Source of the DNA: Cyanophora paradoxa CCMP329
Taxonomy: Eukaryota; Plantae; Glaucophyta
Direction: 5' to 3'
Assembly: GCA_004431415.1 (NCBI GenBank)
Contig: QPMI01000103.1
Span: 247,986-311,985 of the forward strand
Length of the DNA stretch: 64,000 nt
A program made the translations under genes and the position numbers. Positions 43,676 through 55,300 of this stretch are shown here, one piece after another (within the stretch, counting starts at the first letter, position 1; each line of letters opens with the position of its first letter). The notes beneath the pieces were generated by a model. That model was not told the DNA's origin. It made no database searches and saw nothing but the letters and a program-made list of their open reading frames with translations.

Positions 43676-46600
43676 CTAACTGACGGCGCCCACGAGGCTC
43701 CCTTCCCGTTCCCTCGGCTCGTTCGCCCCCGGTGCTGCCGCCCCCGCTGGCGCCCCGCCCGCCCCCGCCTCCGCGCCGTTCTCCTCCTCGTCTTCGTCGC
43801 CCTCGTCGCCCGACCCCCGCTCCGCCGGCGCGCCGGTGTCGGCGCCCGTGCCAATGCCGATGCGCATCTGAGAGAAAAGCCAAAGTATACGTAAGCGACC
43901 CATGATGAGTGTTGGGCTGGGGACGGGCAAGGGTGGGCAGGCGGCGCGCCTTGGGCTTTGGGTCGCCGCCGGCGGGGTCCGCGTCGTACGGCACCTCGCT
44001 CCCGCTTCTCGCCCTGTGCGCGTCTGCGCGGGCCCTCCGCCGGTCAGCTAGTAGGCCAGCGCCGACGTCGCGGGCGGGGGGCGAGGGGGGCGGTGCGCGC
44101 AGGCGAACGGTCCCTTGAAGTTGAACCGGACGACGGAGGGCTCCTTCGGGCTCCGGATGGAGTAGAAGCAGACGCACGGCACCAGCTTGTAGTACTTCTG
44201 CTCCACCGGGAAGTCCCTGCACGGGATTCGAACCCGGAACCCTGGAAGGGGGTACGCGAGGGGAGCTCTCACCCGCGGGCGAGGACGGGGTCCGGTGCCC
44301 CAACGCAGGCCGCCTTGTTGCCCCTTCGGAAGAACGAGACGGTGCGGTCGTCCTGCGGGGAAGGTCAGGAACGAAAAGAGGGCCCCCCGGATTCGAACCT
44401 GGTTCAGGAGGACGCCGACAATGTCCTCCTTGGCGAAGGGGGTACCCGCGAAGTGCGAGCGGCCCTGCCAGTGCACGTCTGCGACGGGGTGCGTTCGGTC
44501 GGGGGCGCGGGGCGTTCAAAGACGTCTGAGCGGGGCGCGCACTGCCGTCGTTCTGGATGGCGCAGCCGTACTCCCCCCCGGAGCCTGCGCGAGGGGTAAG
44601 CGCTGGAGCCCGGGGCGGGCCTCGCCGCAGCTGCGGCGGCGGGCGCCTGGGGTGATGCCGGGGCGCAGGGTGCGCGAGTGCCGCTCCCCGGGCGCCCGCG
44701 GCACGTCGAATCCGACCGAGAGCCTGCCCCCCAGCCCCGGCACTCAGCCGCCGGTACCCCCGGGATAATCTAAAAATAGCGCACGTGGAGCCCGAGAAAG
44801 AGTCGAGGTGGAGGATCTCGACTTCGAAGTACCTGGTCCGGGCTCCGGTTCGAGTCCGCCCGGGGCCGCTTTCGCGGCGGGCGGGGCCCGGGGCGGGAGC
44901 GGAGCGCACCACTTGCCCATCGTGCCGAGCTCGAACGTGTGGCTCGCCCACGCCGTCACGTACCGCAGCGGCACCTGCCGCCCCGCGCCCCGGCATGAGA
45001 TATTGATTGACGCCGGGGCCGCGCGGGGGGTACGAGCGCGCCTGGGCGGCCGCGATGAGGCGCGACTCGCGGTCGATCGCGACGCCCGGCGGCGCGCTGC
45101 GGCGGATCAGGCGGGTACGCGATACGGCGGGGGCCGGGGGGGGGGAGAGGCCCACGTGGGAGGGGGCAGGAGGAGGCGAATGTGGGGACGGGTGGAAGCA
45201 ACGCGGCGCGCGAGCTCGGACTTGATGGTCTGCGGGCACGCCGCTCAGGCAGAATCCAAACCGGGGGGGGGCGCGGGGGGCACCTCGCGGGTGACGCGGT
45301 CGAGGGGGCTGGCCGGGGAAGAATCGTATGAGCGCGCGGAGCGAGCGCGAAGTCAAAGGAGAAGAGGAAGAGAAAGGGCACTTGGCGGGGTTGGGGGGCG
45401 CGGAGAGCATCGCGTCCAGCTCGACGCGCGCCGTCTTCCTGCCCGGCGCCGGCGGCGGCGCGCCCCCGTGAGCTAGAGCTAGCGCGCACGGAGTGGGAGG
45501 GGGCGCGGGGCGGGGCGGGGCGGGCGCGCTTGAACTGGTTGTCGAGGACCTTGCGGCGCAGCTCGACCTCGTGGGCGAGGGCCCCGGGGTCGAAGCAGTG
45601 CGTCTTCCAGCCCTCGTCCCGCAGCCACACCACCTGCCCCGGTCTTAGGGGGCGCGCGGCGGGGGCGGCGGGGGCGGTCTTAGGGGCGGGACGGGGGCGG
45701 GCCCTGTGGAGGGGCAGGCGGGAGAGGAGGTCGGCGACGCTCTCCTGCATCAGCGGCGACCGGAACTCCCGCGCCTGCGCCGCCCCCGCCCCTGTGTGAG
45801 GAGGAGGAAGCAGAGAGGAGGAGAGGGGGCGGGGCGGGGCGGGCCATGAGGTGCTGGTCGAACTGGCGCGGGTCCCCCGCCATCAGCTCCACGCACTGCA
45901 GCCTGCGCCCCGCGGCCTCGGCCGGGGCGCGGCCTCGACGGGGGCGGGCCTCGGCGGGGGCGGGGGCGGGGGCGCCTGAGGGGCTCGGCGCGGATGGCAG
46001 AGGCGAGGATGCAGAGGGAGGGGAGCTTGCGCGCCGGGAAGATCTTCTGCTTCAGGTCCTTCGCCTGCGCCCGCCCCCGCGCCCCCCACGCCTCAGCGCG
46101 GCGCCGGCGGCCCTCGAGAAGGCTTCGCCCCGCGCGCCTCGCGCCACTCAAGCTCGGCCTCCTTGCGCTCCGCCTCCAGCACCTTGTCGCAGACCTCCCT
46201 GCGCCCCGCCCGCGTGAGGCGCGCGGAGCGGGCGGGCGGCTTCTTCGCCGCGCGGGGGCGGGCGGACAGGAGGCGGGAGCGCTCGAGGGCGAAGGCGCCG
46301 GCGGCGTCGTCCTCGCGGTCGTTGAACGCGCTCGCCACGTTCTCCTTCTCCGCCTGCGCGCGCGTACCCCGTCACCCTCCGCCCTTCCTTCCCGCCCGGG
46401 GTAGGGGGCCCCGCGCCTCGACCATGCGCGCGTGCTCCTCCCGGATGTGCCGGATCCGCGCCTCGAACCTGGCCGGCCGTCAGGCCGGCGGGAGAGGCGC
46501 CGGCGGGGGCGGGGGGCGGGGCGCGCTTGGCCTCGAGCTCCTCCTTGCGGCCCTCCCACTCCTTCTCCCGCTCCTGCCGCGCCGCGCCGCCGCGCCGCGT

Positions 46601-48348
46601 CGGCCGGGGCGTCGCGCGGGTCCGGTCCCGCGGGGAGGGCGCGGGCGCACGGCCTGGAGCCTCGCGAGGCGCGCCGACTGCTCCTCCTCCAGCTCCTGCC
46701 CGGAGGAGGGGGGGAAGGTCAGCGGCGAGAGGCGAGGGGGGCGGTGCGAGGCCGCGGCGAACCCGCAGCAGCTGCTCCCGCGTCCTCACGTGCCCCTGCT
46801 TCACCTGCCGGCGGGTCGGCGGGGCCGGCGGCGCGGAAAATGCGCAGCCGGCCGCAGCGCCCCGCCCCGCCCCGCACCTCCTCCACGTGGGACGCCAGCT
46901 TCGCCTCCTGTACCCCGGGTGAGGGGAGGAAGCGGGGGTGGGGGTACGGGCGCGCACGGCGGCGACCGCGTCCGGGTGCTTCGAGAAGAGAACGAAGCGG
47001 TTAAAGTTGGGCGCTGCGCGAGGCGCGTGTACCCCGGTCAGCCTCTGCCTCTACCCCCCCCCACCCCCGGAAAGGGCCGGCCCCGCCGCACCGTCGAAGC
47101 AGTCGCAGCAGTCGTGCCCCCCGAAGTGGTCCCCGATGTCCCTGCACCCCCGCGGGTCGGCGCCTTCGGGCCAGATGCGTACCCCCCTCGGGGGCGCACG
47201 TGATGGCGATGGAGGGGTGGTGGTCGCTGCCGACCGCCGTGCCCGCCGTGATGTCATCCACCCGCCTCTGCACGCCCGCCCCGCCGCCTCGGCGCGGGGA
47301 GATGCGCGGTACCCCCCGAACCGATCGCGGAAATCCCGTACCCGGATGTACTCGGAGTGCTCGACGGTGGGCTTCTTGAAGACAGTGAAGGTCGCCGGCT
47401 CCGTGCGCCGTCCCATGAGGCGGATCTCGAGCTGCGCCCGGGTCCGGGGTCAGGGGGGTACAGGAGGGATTCAGGGAGGGGCCGGGGCGCCTTCTCCTTG
47501 CCGTAGAGGGCGACGGGGTGCGCCTTCTTGCCCACCTCCCGCATCTGCCGCCGCTGGTCCCGCTTCTGGAGGGGGGCGTCGGCCCTTGGGGCGCCGGGGC
47601 GGGGGCGGGGGCGGGCGGGGGGTACGCCGCGCGCGCCTTCATGTCGGCCTCGTGCTGGAGGTCGCGCACGAGGATCTCGAGCCGCGCCGGCTGCCCCTCG
47701 AGCTGCCGGCCCGCCCGAGTCGGGGCGCTGCCGGGCCCGGAGGGGGGGTACGGGAATGGGCGGGGGGCGGGCCTGGGCGAGGCGCTCGCGGAGGGCGGCC
47801 TCGGTGACGGCCTTCTTGGGGTACGCGCGCGGATCGGACTTGCGCGCGGAGGCGTACGCGAGGGAGAGGAAGTCGCTGCCGGCCAGGGCCGGGGGGATGG
47901 GCGGCACGACCACCCCGGGGCCCCCGGGCCGCTCCCCGTCGCCCTCCCGCTCCGCCCGCTCCTCGTCGGCCGCGGCGGAGAGGTACCTCGCCTTCACGAT
48001 CGTCCGATCCTGCGCCCCGCCGCCGCCGTGGGCGCCCGCCTGCAGCGGCGGCGGAAGGCGGGCGGCGGGGGGCGGGGCGGCGGGCGCGGGGCACCTCCTC
48101 GTAGGTCCATATGTCGAGTAGGGCCTGGTTTTCCTTCACCTGCCGCGAGTTCTTCCGCGCCTCGCTCGACGCCGGCCCCGCCTGGCTCGCATGGCTCGCC
48201 GCCGACCCCCGCCGCGTGTGGCCCTCCGGCTGCCGCCGCTCAGGCCCGCGCGGCGCCCGCGAGGCGGCGGCAGATCTGAGAGGCGCTGGCGCACCACAGA
48301 GCTCAGCGGCGTCAGGGGCCTTTGATTGAGCGCCGGGAGGCTTGTCAT
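43676..48348 (-). CDS. Coiled-coil plus C-terminal SPRY (B30.2) domain protein, about 30 exons
   Basis: SPRY: YFEVEIL, LSVGF, PG..EYGCAIQNDG/VHWQG..GTPFAKEDIVGVLLN/DRTVSFFRRG, LVPCVCFYS..VRFNF. Central E/K/R coiled coil. ATG 48348 splices in frame to PEGHTRR. Confidence 0.8.
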
Positions 48349-48766
48349 CTTCTCGTTCGCTGGCGGCCCCTACAGCGCCAAGAAGACGGGGGGTGCTCCT
48401 GTGCTTAGATCGTGCTCCCGGTGGGTCTGTGGCACGGTGCGGCAGGCTGGGAACCGCTGGCGGGTCAACTCTCTTCTGTTGGCTGACTGCTGCACTAGCT
48501 AAGACCAACGACGTCTCAATTAGGCTCAACTACGCTCAGAGAGACCGCAGCTAAGGGCGGCGGCGGCCAGACCCTGAGAAGCGGCTGCTCTGACGCTGGT
48601 GCCTCTTCTGACACCCGGGTTCGACTCCGGATCAGGCCGGCCACGCGAAGTTTCTAGAAGGCACCGGCACGACAAAACCGCGGGCCTGGAGCCCACAGCG
48701 AGCAGTTTGATAGCCCAGTAGAGCTAAAAGCGATCAAGTCGAAGTAAGAGAGCCGAACAGAGCCGC

Positions 48767-50041
48767 ATGGCGTCGGCGGACGTGCAGCGCAACGGGGCGG
48801 CGGACCCCTTCGGGCACTGGCCGGCGATGGACGCGCACTTCCGACCCGATGCAATGTTCCGTGAGTTCGGTACGCGCACGTACGGCGCCCCTCGCGCGCC
48901 CCCAGCCGGCAACGCGCCGCATGCGCACGCGCACGCGGTCCGCGGCGGCCCAGCTGACCTCCCGGCGCCGTCCGCGCCGCAGACGACTTCCACCGTCGCG
49001 TAATGGGCACGTTCTTCGGCGGCCGGGACCCGTTCGACGGCTTCTTCGGCGGACGGGGCCTCCTTGAGTTCCCCCGCCCCTCGTCCTTCTTCGGCGGCGG
49101 CGCCGGCGGACAAGAGCGCGACCCGTTCTTCTCCTCGTGGGGCTTCGGTAACGACGACGGATTCTTCTCCCGCCCCGTACGCGTCCGCCCCGTCGACGTC
49201 CGCCCGCCGAGCGCTCGCGTCTGATCCCAGCGCACGCGCAGCGCCTGGAGGGCCCGCGCATCGAGGAGCTGGACGAGCGGGGCAGCGCGCGCGCTCCGGT
49301 CTCCTCGGCGCAGCCGCGCGTGCAGGAGCCCGGCGACCCCGACTACGCGCGCCCCGCCTCGGCCGGCGCCGCGGCGAACGGGGCGTCGAACCCGAACGGC
49401 TACTCGTACCGCATGTCGTACCGCGGCGTCTTCGGCCCCGGCGGGGTGCGCGCGCCGCCCCCGCCCCCGGCAGAACCTTCTGGAATTCAGATTTGATCCG
49501 GCTGGCAGGCGAGGCTGGAGCAGGCGCACGAGCAGGACTCGACGGGCCGCGAGCGAAAGCGCGAGCGCAAGGGCCTCGGCGAGCAGGTGCGCCCTCCCCC
49601 GCGCCCCTCGAGCCGGCATCGAAATCCCCCCGGCCCTCGCCGCTGACGGCCGCGGCCGCGCGCGGCGCCGCGGGCGCATGTGCAGGCGCGGGAGGTGGCG
49701 TGGGAGAGGCAGGCGGACGGGCAGGCGCGCACCACCGAGAACCTGCACCGCATTGAGCAGGGTGCGCCGCCCCGGCGGCCGCGGAGGCGAGCGCGCGGCT
49801 CCCGTCTGACCCCTGACCCCCCCCGCCCCGCGCATGCGCAGGCCAGGCGGAGAGGTTCGAGCAGGACTGGCGCTCCGCGATGCAGCGCGAGAATTACCCG
49901 CGCCTCGAGGGCGGGCCTGGCGCCTACCCCGCCCAGTATCCCGCCCAGCCCGCGGGGTACATCACCGGCGCCCGCGGCGACCGCGACGGGTACAGCGACA
50001 TGCGGGACGGCCGCGGGGGGCGCGGCGACCGCCAGCGGTGA
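48767..50041 (+). CDS. Myeloid leukemia factor (MLF)-like protein
   Basis: FFGGRDPFDGFF, PRIEEL, YSYRMSY..GPGG, EQDSTGRERKRERKGLGEQ/AREV..TTENLHRIEQ/GQAERFEQDW match the MLF domain layout. Confidence 0.7.
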
Positions 50042-51336
50042 GCCACCCTGGCCACTCTAGATCTCCCCTGAGGTCCCCCGCGCCTGGCCCCCCTGAGGTC
50101 TCTCGCGACCGGCCAGGACGGAGCGGGGCGGGAGCGACCGCGAGGACGAGGGCGGCTTCGGCTCCTCCGTCCGCCGCACCCTCCGCCGCTGGTTCTCCTG
50201 ACCGCCCCCTCTCACTCTCGCCACGGACATCGCCTATGTCCGTCCGACGATTTAATTTATTTCGTGAGGATAAAACCGATATCTAAGGGAGAACTTGTAA
50301 TTTATAATCAAGCCTGTGCGGCCCTTTTACATGCAGTTCATTTCGCCGACAAGGTGTCAAGCGCTAGCGTGTTCAGATTTAGATCTAGATACGTTTGACT
50401 TCGAATTCCTTGAAGCTGGCGGCCTTGCTCCTTTCTTTATTGTTAGTGCGCAGATTTCAAAATCTAAAATGCACTTCAGATCTAGAGATAACAGGTGTTT
50501 GCATTGTTAGCGCGTATACGTAGACTGCGCGTAAGTACATGTTTAGTCGTCTAGTTCATAGATCATTGCAAATTAAATTGGTAGTAGTTCTCAGGATTTA
50601 AAGCCAGTAGTACGGCCGTCGATCTTAAGCTTCGTCTTCTGCACATGTGCATGCAAACTTGAAATTAAACGTCCAAATTAAAAGCCGGCGCTGACTCAGT
50701 GCGCGAATTCGAATGTAAGGTTAAGCTTTAAGCCTTCACGATCAGGCTACGCACGCGCACGACGCCTGCTGCTGCTGGCAGCCTGCTGCTGCTGGCAGCC
50801 TGTCACAGTGTTGCTGCTGCTGCTGCTCCTGCCGCATGCGCAGTGCCGCCGCCACCGCTGTTGCCGGGCAGTGCCGGCAGCCTGCCGCTGCTGTGCATGC
50901 AGCCTGCTGCTACGCCGGCGCCCCGTGGCACGCGCGGCACCTCGCCGAGCTCGCCGCCGCGCCGGGGCCGCCCGCTGGAGGTGAGTCGGATTCGGACAGC
51001 GAATGAGCCTCGCAGGGCTGCAGCTGCACGCCTAGGGAAGGCGCAGGCACCGTGGCGGGCGTCGCCCCGGATCGATATTCCTGCCCCCCGCGCCCTATAG
51101 CTAGCTTTAATTCTCTTCATGATCAAACCCAATAGCTTGCCTTCTTTTCGAATTCGAGCCGCGCCCGCAATCTCGAGCCTTTCTTCCGGAGGGGGCCCGT
51201 TGAGAGGGGGGGGGGAGGGGGGGAGGGGTAGGATGGTCGACGAAAATGGAAAAATCTCGAATTCAGGCTCACTCAAGCTGACTCAGTGACTCATACACTG
51301 TGACACGGGGGGCGGTCTAAGGAGGGCGCGAGGGCG

Positions 51337-51760
51337 CTACGCCTCGGGGACGGCGACGGGCTGGTTCACGATCGTCTTCACCAGGTCGATCCCTGGGGGG
51401 GGGGGGGTTCAGGCCTACGGTAAAGGATTGGGGGGGGGGTACGGGGCCGACGGACCGGCTTTCGGGTCCCCTCCGACGAGGCTCTCGACGCCTGCCCAGA
51501 TGAGCCTGGCGGGGGCGTCAGGGGTACGGGTCGCGGGGGGCGAGGGGGGTACGGGCGGCGCACCGGTAGAGAACGTAGAAGAAGACGACGAGGTAGAGGC
51601 CCATCTTCGCGTAGCGCTGGTTCTTGTGCACCTGCCGCGCGGCTCGGCGACGCGGCGCGCTCGCGGCGGGCGGCGCGGGGCGCGGGCGCACGCTGACGGT
51701 CTGGAAGACGGAGGTCGGGTCGAGCCGGTGCTGGCGCTTGCTGTACCTGCCGCGGCGGTG

Positions 51761-51796
<36 letters not shown>

Positions 51797-52187
51797 CGGG
51801 GCGAGCGTTTCGCGCACAGGTAGCCGTGGTAACCGGCGACGGGAAGCATGACCAGGGCAAAGAGCCAGTGGCCGAAGAGCAGCAGGAGCGCGGCGAGGAG
51901 CGCCTGCCCGCCGTACTCCGGCATCACCAGCTGGTTCAGGCGCTCCGACAGATCGACAGGGTTGATGCTGAGGGCGGCGCGACGCGGCGCAACGCGCGGT
52001 CAGCCGGGCGAATGAAGGAATCGGCCGATGCGCGTCGGCGCGATGTCGAAGGACGGTGGACGGGCGGCGATGCGGCGCACTAGTCATTCTCGAGGTCCGA
52101 CAGCGAGATGAGGCCGAAGATGGTCACGAACAGCGCCGCGGCCGTCAACAGGAAAAGAAACAGCCAGAGAAGCAAGCTCCAATCCAT
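51337..52187 (-). CDS. CNIH: Cornichon / Erv14 family ER cargo receptor
   Basis: LISLSDLENDY/INPVDLSERLNQLVMPEY, GHW, LDPTSVFQT, KMGLYLVVFFYVLY/R. Confidence 0.95.
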
Positions 52188-52322
52188 TGCTGCTCGTGGG
52201 ACGCTTGCAATGAGATGAAGTTGAGATGCCCGGGTTCGGCACACTTCGTTCGCCGAAATTTGAGCGTGTCTTGTGCGCGCCGGCGTCTCCGGCCTTGGCT
52301 TTAGGCATCGGACGTGCTTCTA
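52188..52322. promoter_or_regulatory. Putative bidirectional promoter (135 bp between divergent ATGs)
   Basis: Cornichon ATG at 52187 (-) and RUN-protein ATG at 52323 (+). Confidence 0.55.
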
Positions 52323-55300
52323 ATGTCGTCGGAGGGCGATGCCGCCGCGGCCGACCCGCCAGCCGTGAGAGCTGACGAGCCAGCCGATGCGCTCACTCGG
52401 ATATCGGCGCTAGAAAAGCTGCTGCACTCTACAACGTCTTCCATGCTGCGTACAATCGAACGTCAGTCGCAGACGATAGCGCGCTTAGAAAGCTCCCAGA
52501 CGAGGTGCGGCCGCCTATGCAGAGCGGAGCGTTAGAGGGCCCCCCGCGACCGCCCTGCCTCGCCGCAGCATTCGTCACCAGCTGGGCGCTCTCCAAGGGC
52601 GTTCGGACTCCGCGGAGACTCCACGGACCGCGGCAGCGCGCGAGGCGCAGGCCGAGGTGCGCCGGGCGCGCCATTGCGCGACGGGAGCCGACGCCGGCGG
52701 CAGATGGACGAGATGCGGGACGCTATCGCGGACCTCACGGAGCGGGTCGAGCAGGTGGGCGGCCCGGGCGGGCCCCGCGCCGCGGCCCGCGGCCAACCGG
52801 CCGGTCGGGCGCAGGTCGAGCCGCGCGTGCTGGGCTCCCTCGTGGAGCTCGCCACGACGGGCTCGGCCTCCGCCGCGTGCCCCTTCGCGCTCGCCGCCGA
52901 CGTGGCCGAGCTGACGGCCCGCGTCTACGCCGTCGAGAAGGCCCTCGCCGGCCCGCACCGCACCGGCGGCGGCGGCGGCGGTGGCGGCACGCCCAGCTCC
53001 TCCAAGCGCGCTTTCGAGCCCTCGGAGGCGCCGGCCTCGCCGCCGGCGACTCCGCAGGCCGCGCCGGCGCCGGAGGCGGCGGAGGCGGAGCTAGAGGCGC
53101 GGACGCGGCTGGCGGCTGAGCTTGAGAGCGTGCGGCGGGCGTGCGAGTCGCTGGCGGCGCGGCAGGCGCGGGCCGACGAGCAGTGCGCGGCCGCCGCCCG
53201 CGCCGCCGCCGAGGCCTCCGCCGTCGCCGCCTCGGCCGCGGCGATGGCCCACGCTGCCCGCGACGCGGTGCCGGCGGCGGCGCCGCCCGTGACCGTCACC
53301 TCGTCGGGGGCGACGACGCGGCCCATCCGGCAGCCGCTGTCGCCCCTCGCCCTCGGCCCGCTCGAGTCCACCGCGGAGGAGGCCCCCGCCCCCGCCCCGG
53401 GCGCCGGCGCCGGGGCCGGCGCCCCCGAGGACCTCGCCGCCTCCGTCGAGCAGCTCCAGCACCAGGTACCCCGCCCCTCCTCCATCCGCCAGAAAAGCGG
53501 CCCCGCCCGGATCCGAGCCCGGGGCGCAGCTGGCGCGGCTGGACCGGCGCGTGGGCTTCGGCCTCGCGGACGCCGGCTCCCGCCTCGTCGAGCTCGAGAA
53601 GGTGCCGTACCCCCCGCCGAGCCCTCCCCCCTCCCGCCCCGCGGGGCCGCGCCGACGGGGGGCCAGTGGGTGGGCGTGGCGGGCGCGGGGAGCCTCCTGA
53701 ACACGCCGCGGCTCCCCGGCGCCTCCTCCAACTCGAAGGAGGCGGCGGGGGGGCCCGGCGGGGCGGACGTGGCGGCGTCGGCGGTGGCGGCGGCGCTGGC
53801 CGGCGTGGGGCGGGGCGGGCAGGGCGCGGGCCCCGCGGGGGCGGCCCCCGACGAGGCCCGCGAGGCCCGCGAGGCGCAGCGCGACGCCGAGCTCGTCGAG
53901 ACGATCCAGGTTTGTTTTCCCGCACCCCCGTACCCCCCTCCCCCGCCCACCGGCTCCGTTCGCAGGCGCTGAACGAGCTCGAGGCGCGCGTCTCGGAGGC
54001 CGAGTCGCGCATCTCCTTCGCCGAGCAGGCGCGTACCCCCTTGGCGCGCGCGCCCGGTACCCCCTGACGTCGTCTGCCGCAGAGCGTGCGGGCGCGGTTC
54101 GCGTTCATGGACCACGCGCTGGACGACGCCGCGACGCGCGTCGCCGCCACCATGGCCGCCGTCGAGGAGCGTGCGCCCCGCCCCGCCCCACCCGCCCGGC
54201 CTACTCTCGTGGGGGCCGGCCCGAGGCGCCCCGCGCAGTGCGGCAGCAGGGCGAGAGGACGGAGGCAGCGCTGACGGCGCGGGTCGACGAGGGGCGCGCC
54301 GCCGCCGCCGACTGGGCAAAGGTCGCGCCCCGCCCCGCGCCCCAACCCCCGCCCTCCCCGCGCCTGAGGCGGCGCAGCGGCTGCGGGAGGCGCTGACGGC
54401 GCTGCGGGCCGAGGCGGCCGCCCGCTCCGACGCCCTCGGAAAGGGTGCGGCGGCGCCCACGCGGCGAGTGGAGCCGCGCCGCTGTCGCTCAGCTCACGCG
54501 GCGCGCGCCGCAGCGGTGGAGGGCGCCGCGGCGCGGGCGGCGGGGTCGAGCCCCTCGCCGAGCGAGGTGGGCCCCCGCGCCCCTTCCCCGCCGCCCGCGC
54601 CTCCGGTCCGAGCGCGCGGGCCGGCAGCGGAGGCGCTGTGCCGGGGCGTGGAGGCGGAGATGCGGGCGGGGCTCGAAGCCGCCCGCGCCGAAAGCCGCGC
54701 TGCCGCCGAGGCCGCGCTCGAAGGCCCGCCCCGCCCGCCCCTCCCGCCCCGCCCCGCGCCCGTCCTCAAGCGGGGAGCAGTGCGGGGGGCGCTGGAGGCG
54801 GAGGCGGCGGCGATCCGGGGCGAGGTCGGGGCCCAGTGGAGCGTGGTGCGCGCCGGCCCCTCCGCGACCCCGCCCGCGGCGTCCGAGGCCCCGCGGGGGC
54901 GCGCAGGTGAAGCTGCACGCCAACGAGATCGAGCTCCGCGCGCACGCCGCCGCCCTCGACGCCCGCGCCGCCGAGGCCCGCCCACCGCGCCCCTTCCCCT
55001 CCGCCCCGTCTCACGTCGGGCGGGGCGCAGGCGGAGGGGCGCTGGCGGCGGTGCGGGAGCGGCTGGCGGCGGTGGAGGCCCTCGCGGGGACCTCGCCGCC
55101 CGCCTCGAGGAGGGGCGCGAGGGCGGCGCCGGGGGCGCCCCGCCGCCCGGGGCCGCCCCCGCGAGCTCTCCCCGCTCCGCGACGCCGTCGTCGCCTGCGT
55201 GCGCTCTCGCACCCCCGTACCCCCTCCCCGCCCCTCCCGCCCTGAGCCCCGCCTCCCCGCAGATGGAGAAGGAGGCGCGGGCGCGGGAGGAGGCCCTCGA

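Noticed and set aside
48555-48642. tRNA/tmRNA-like ccgggttcgactccgg...cca
   Set aside because: Only a B-box-like motif; I could not fold acceptor, D or anticodon arms. tRNAscan-SE would settle it.
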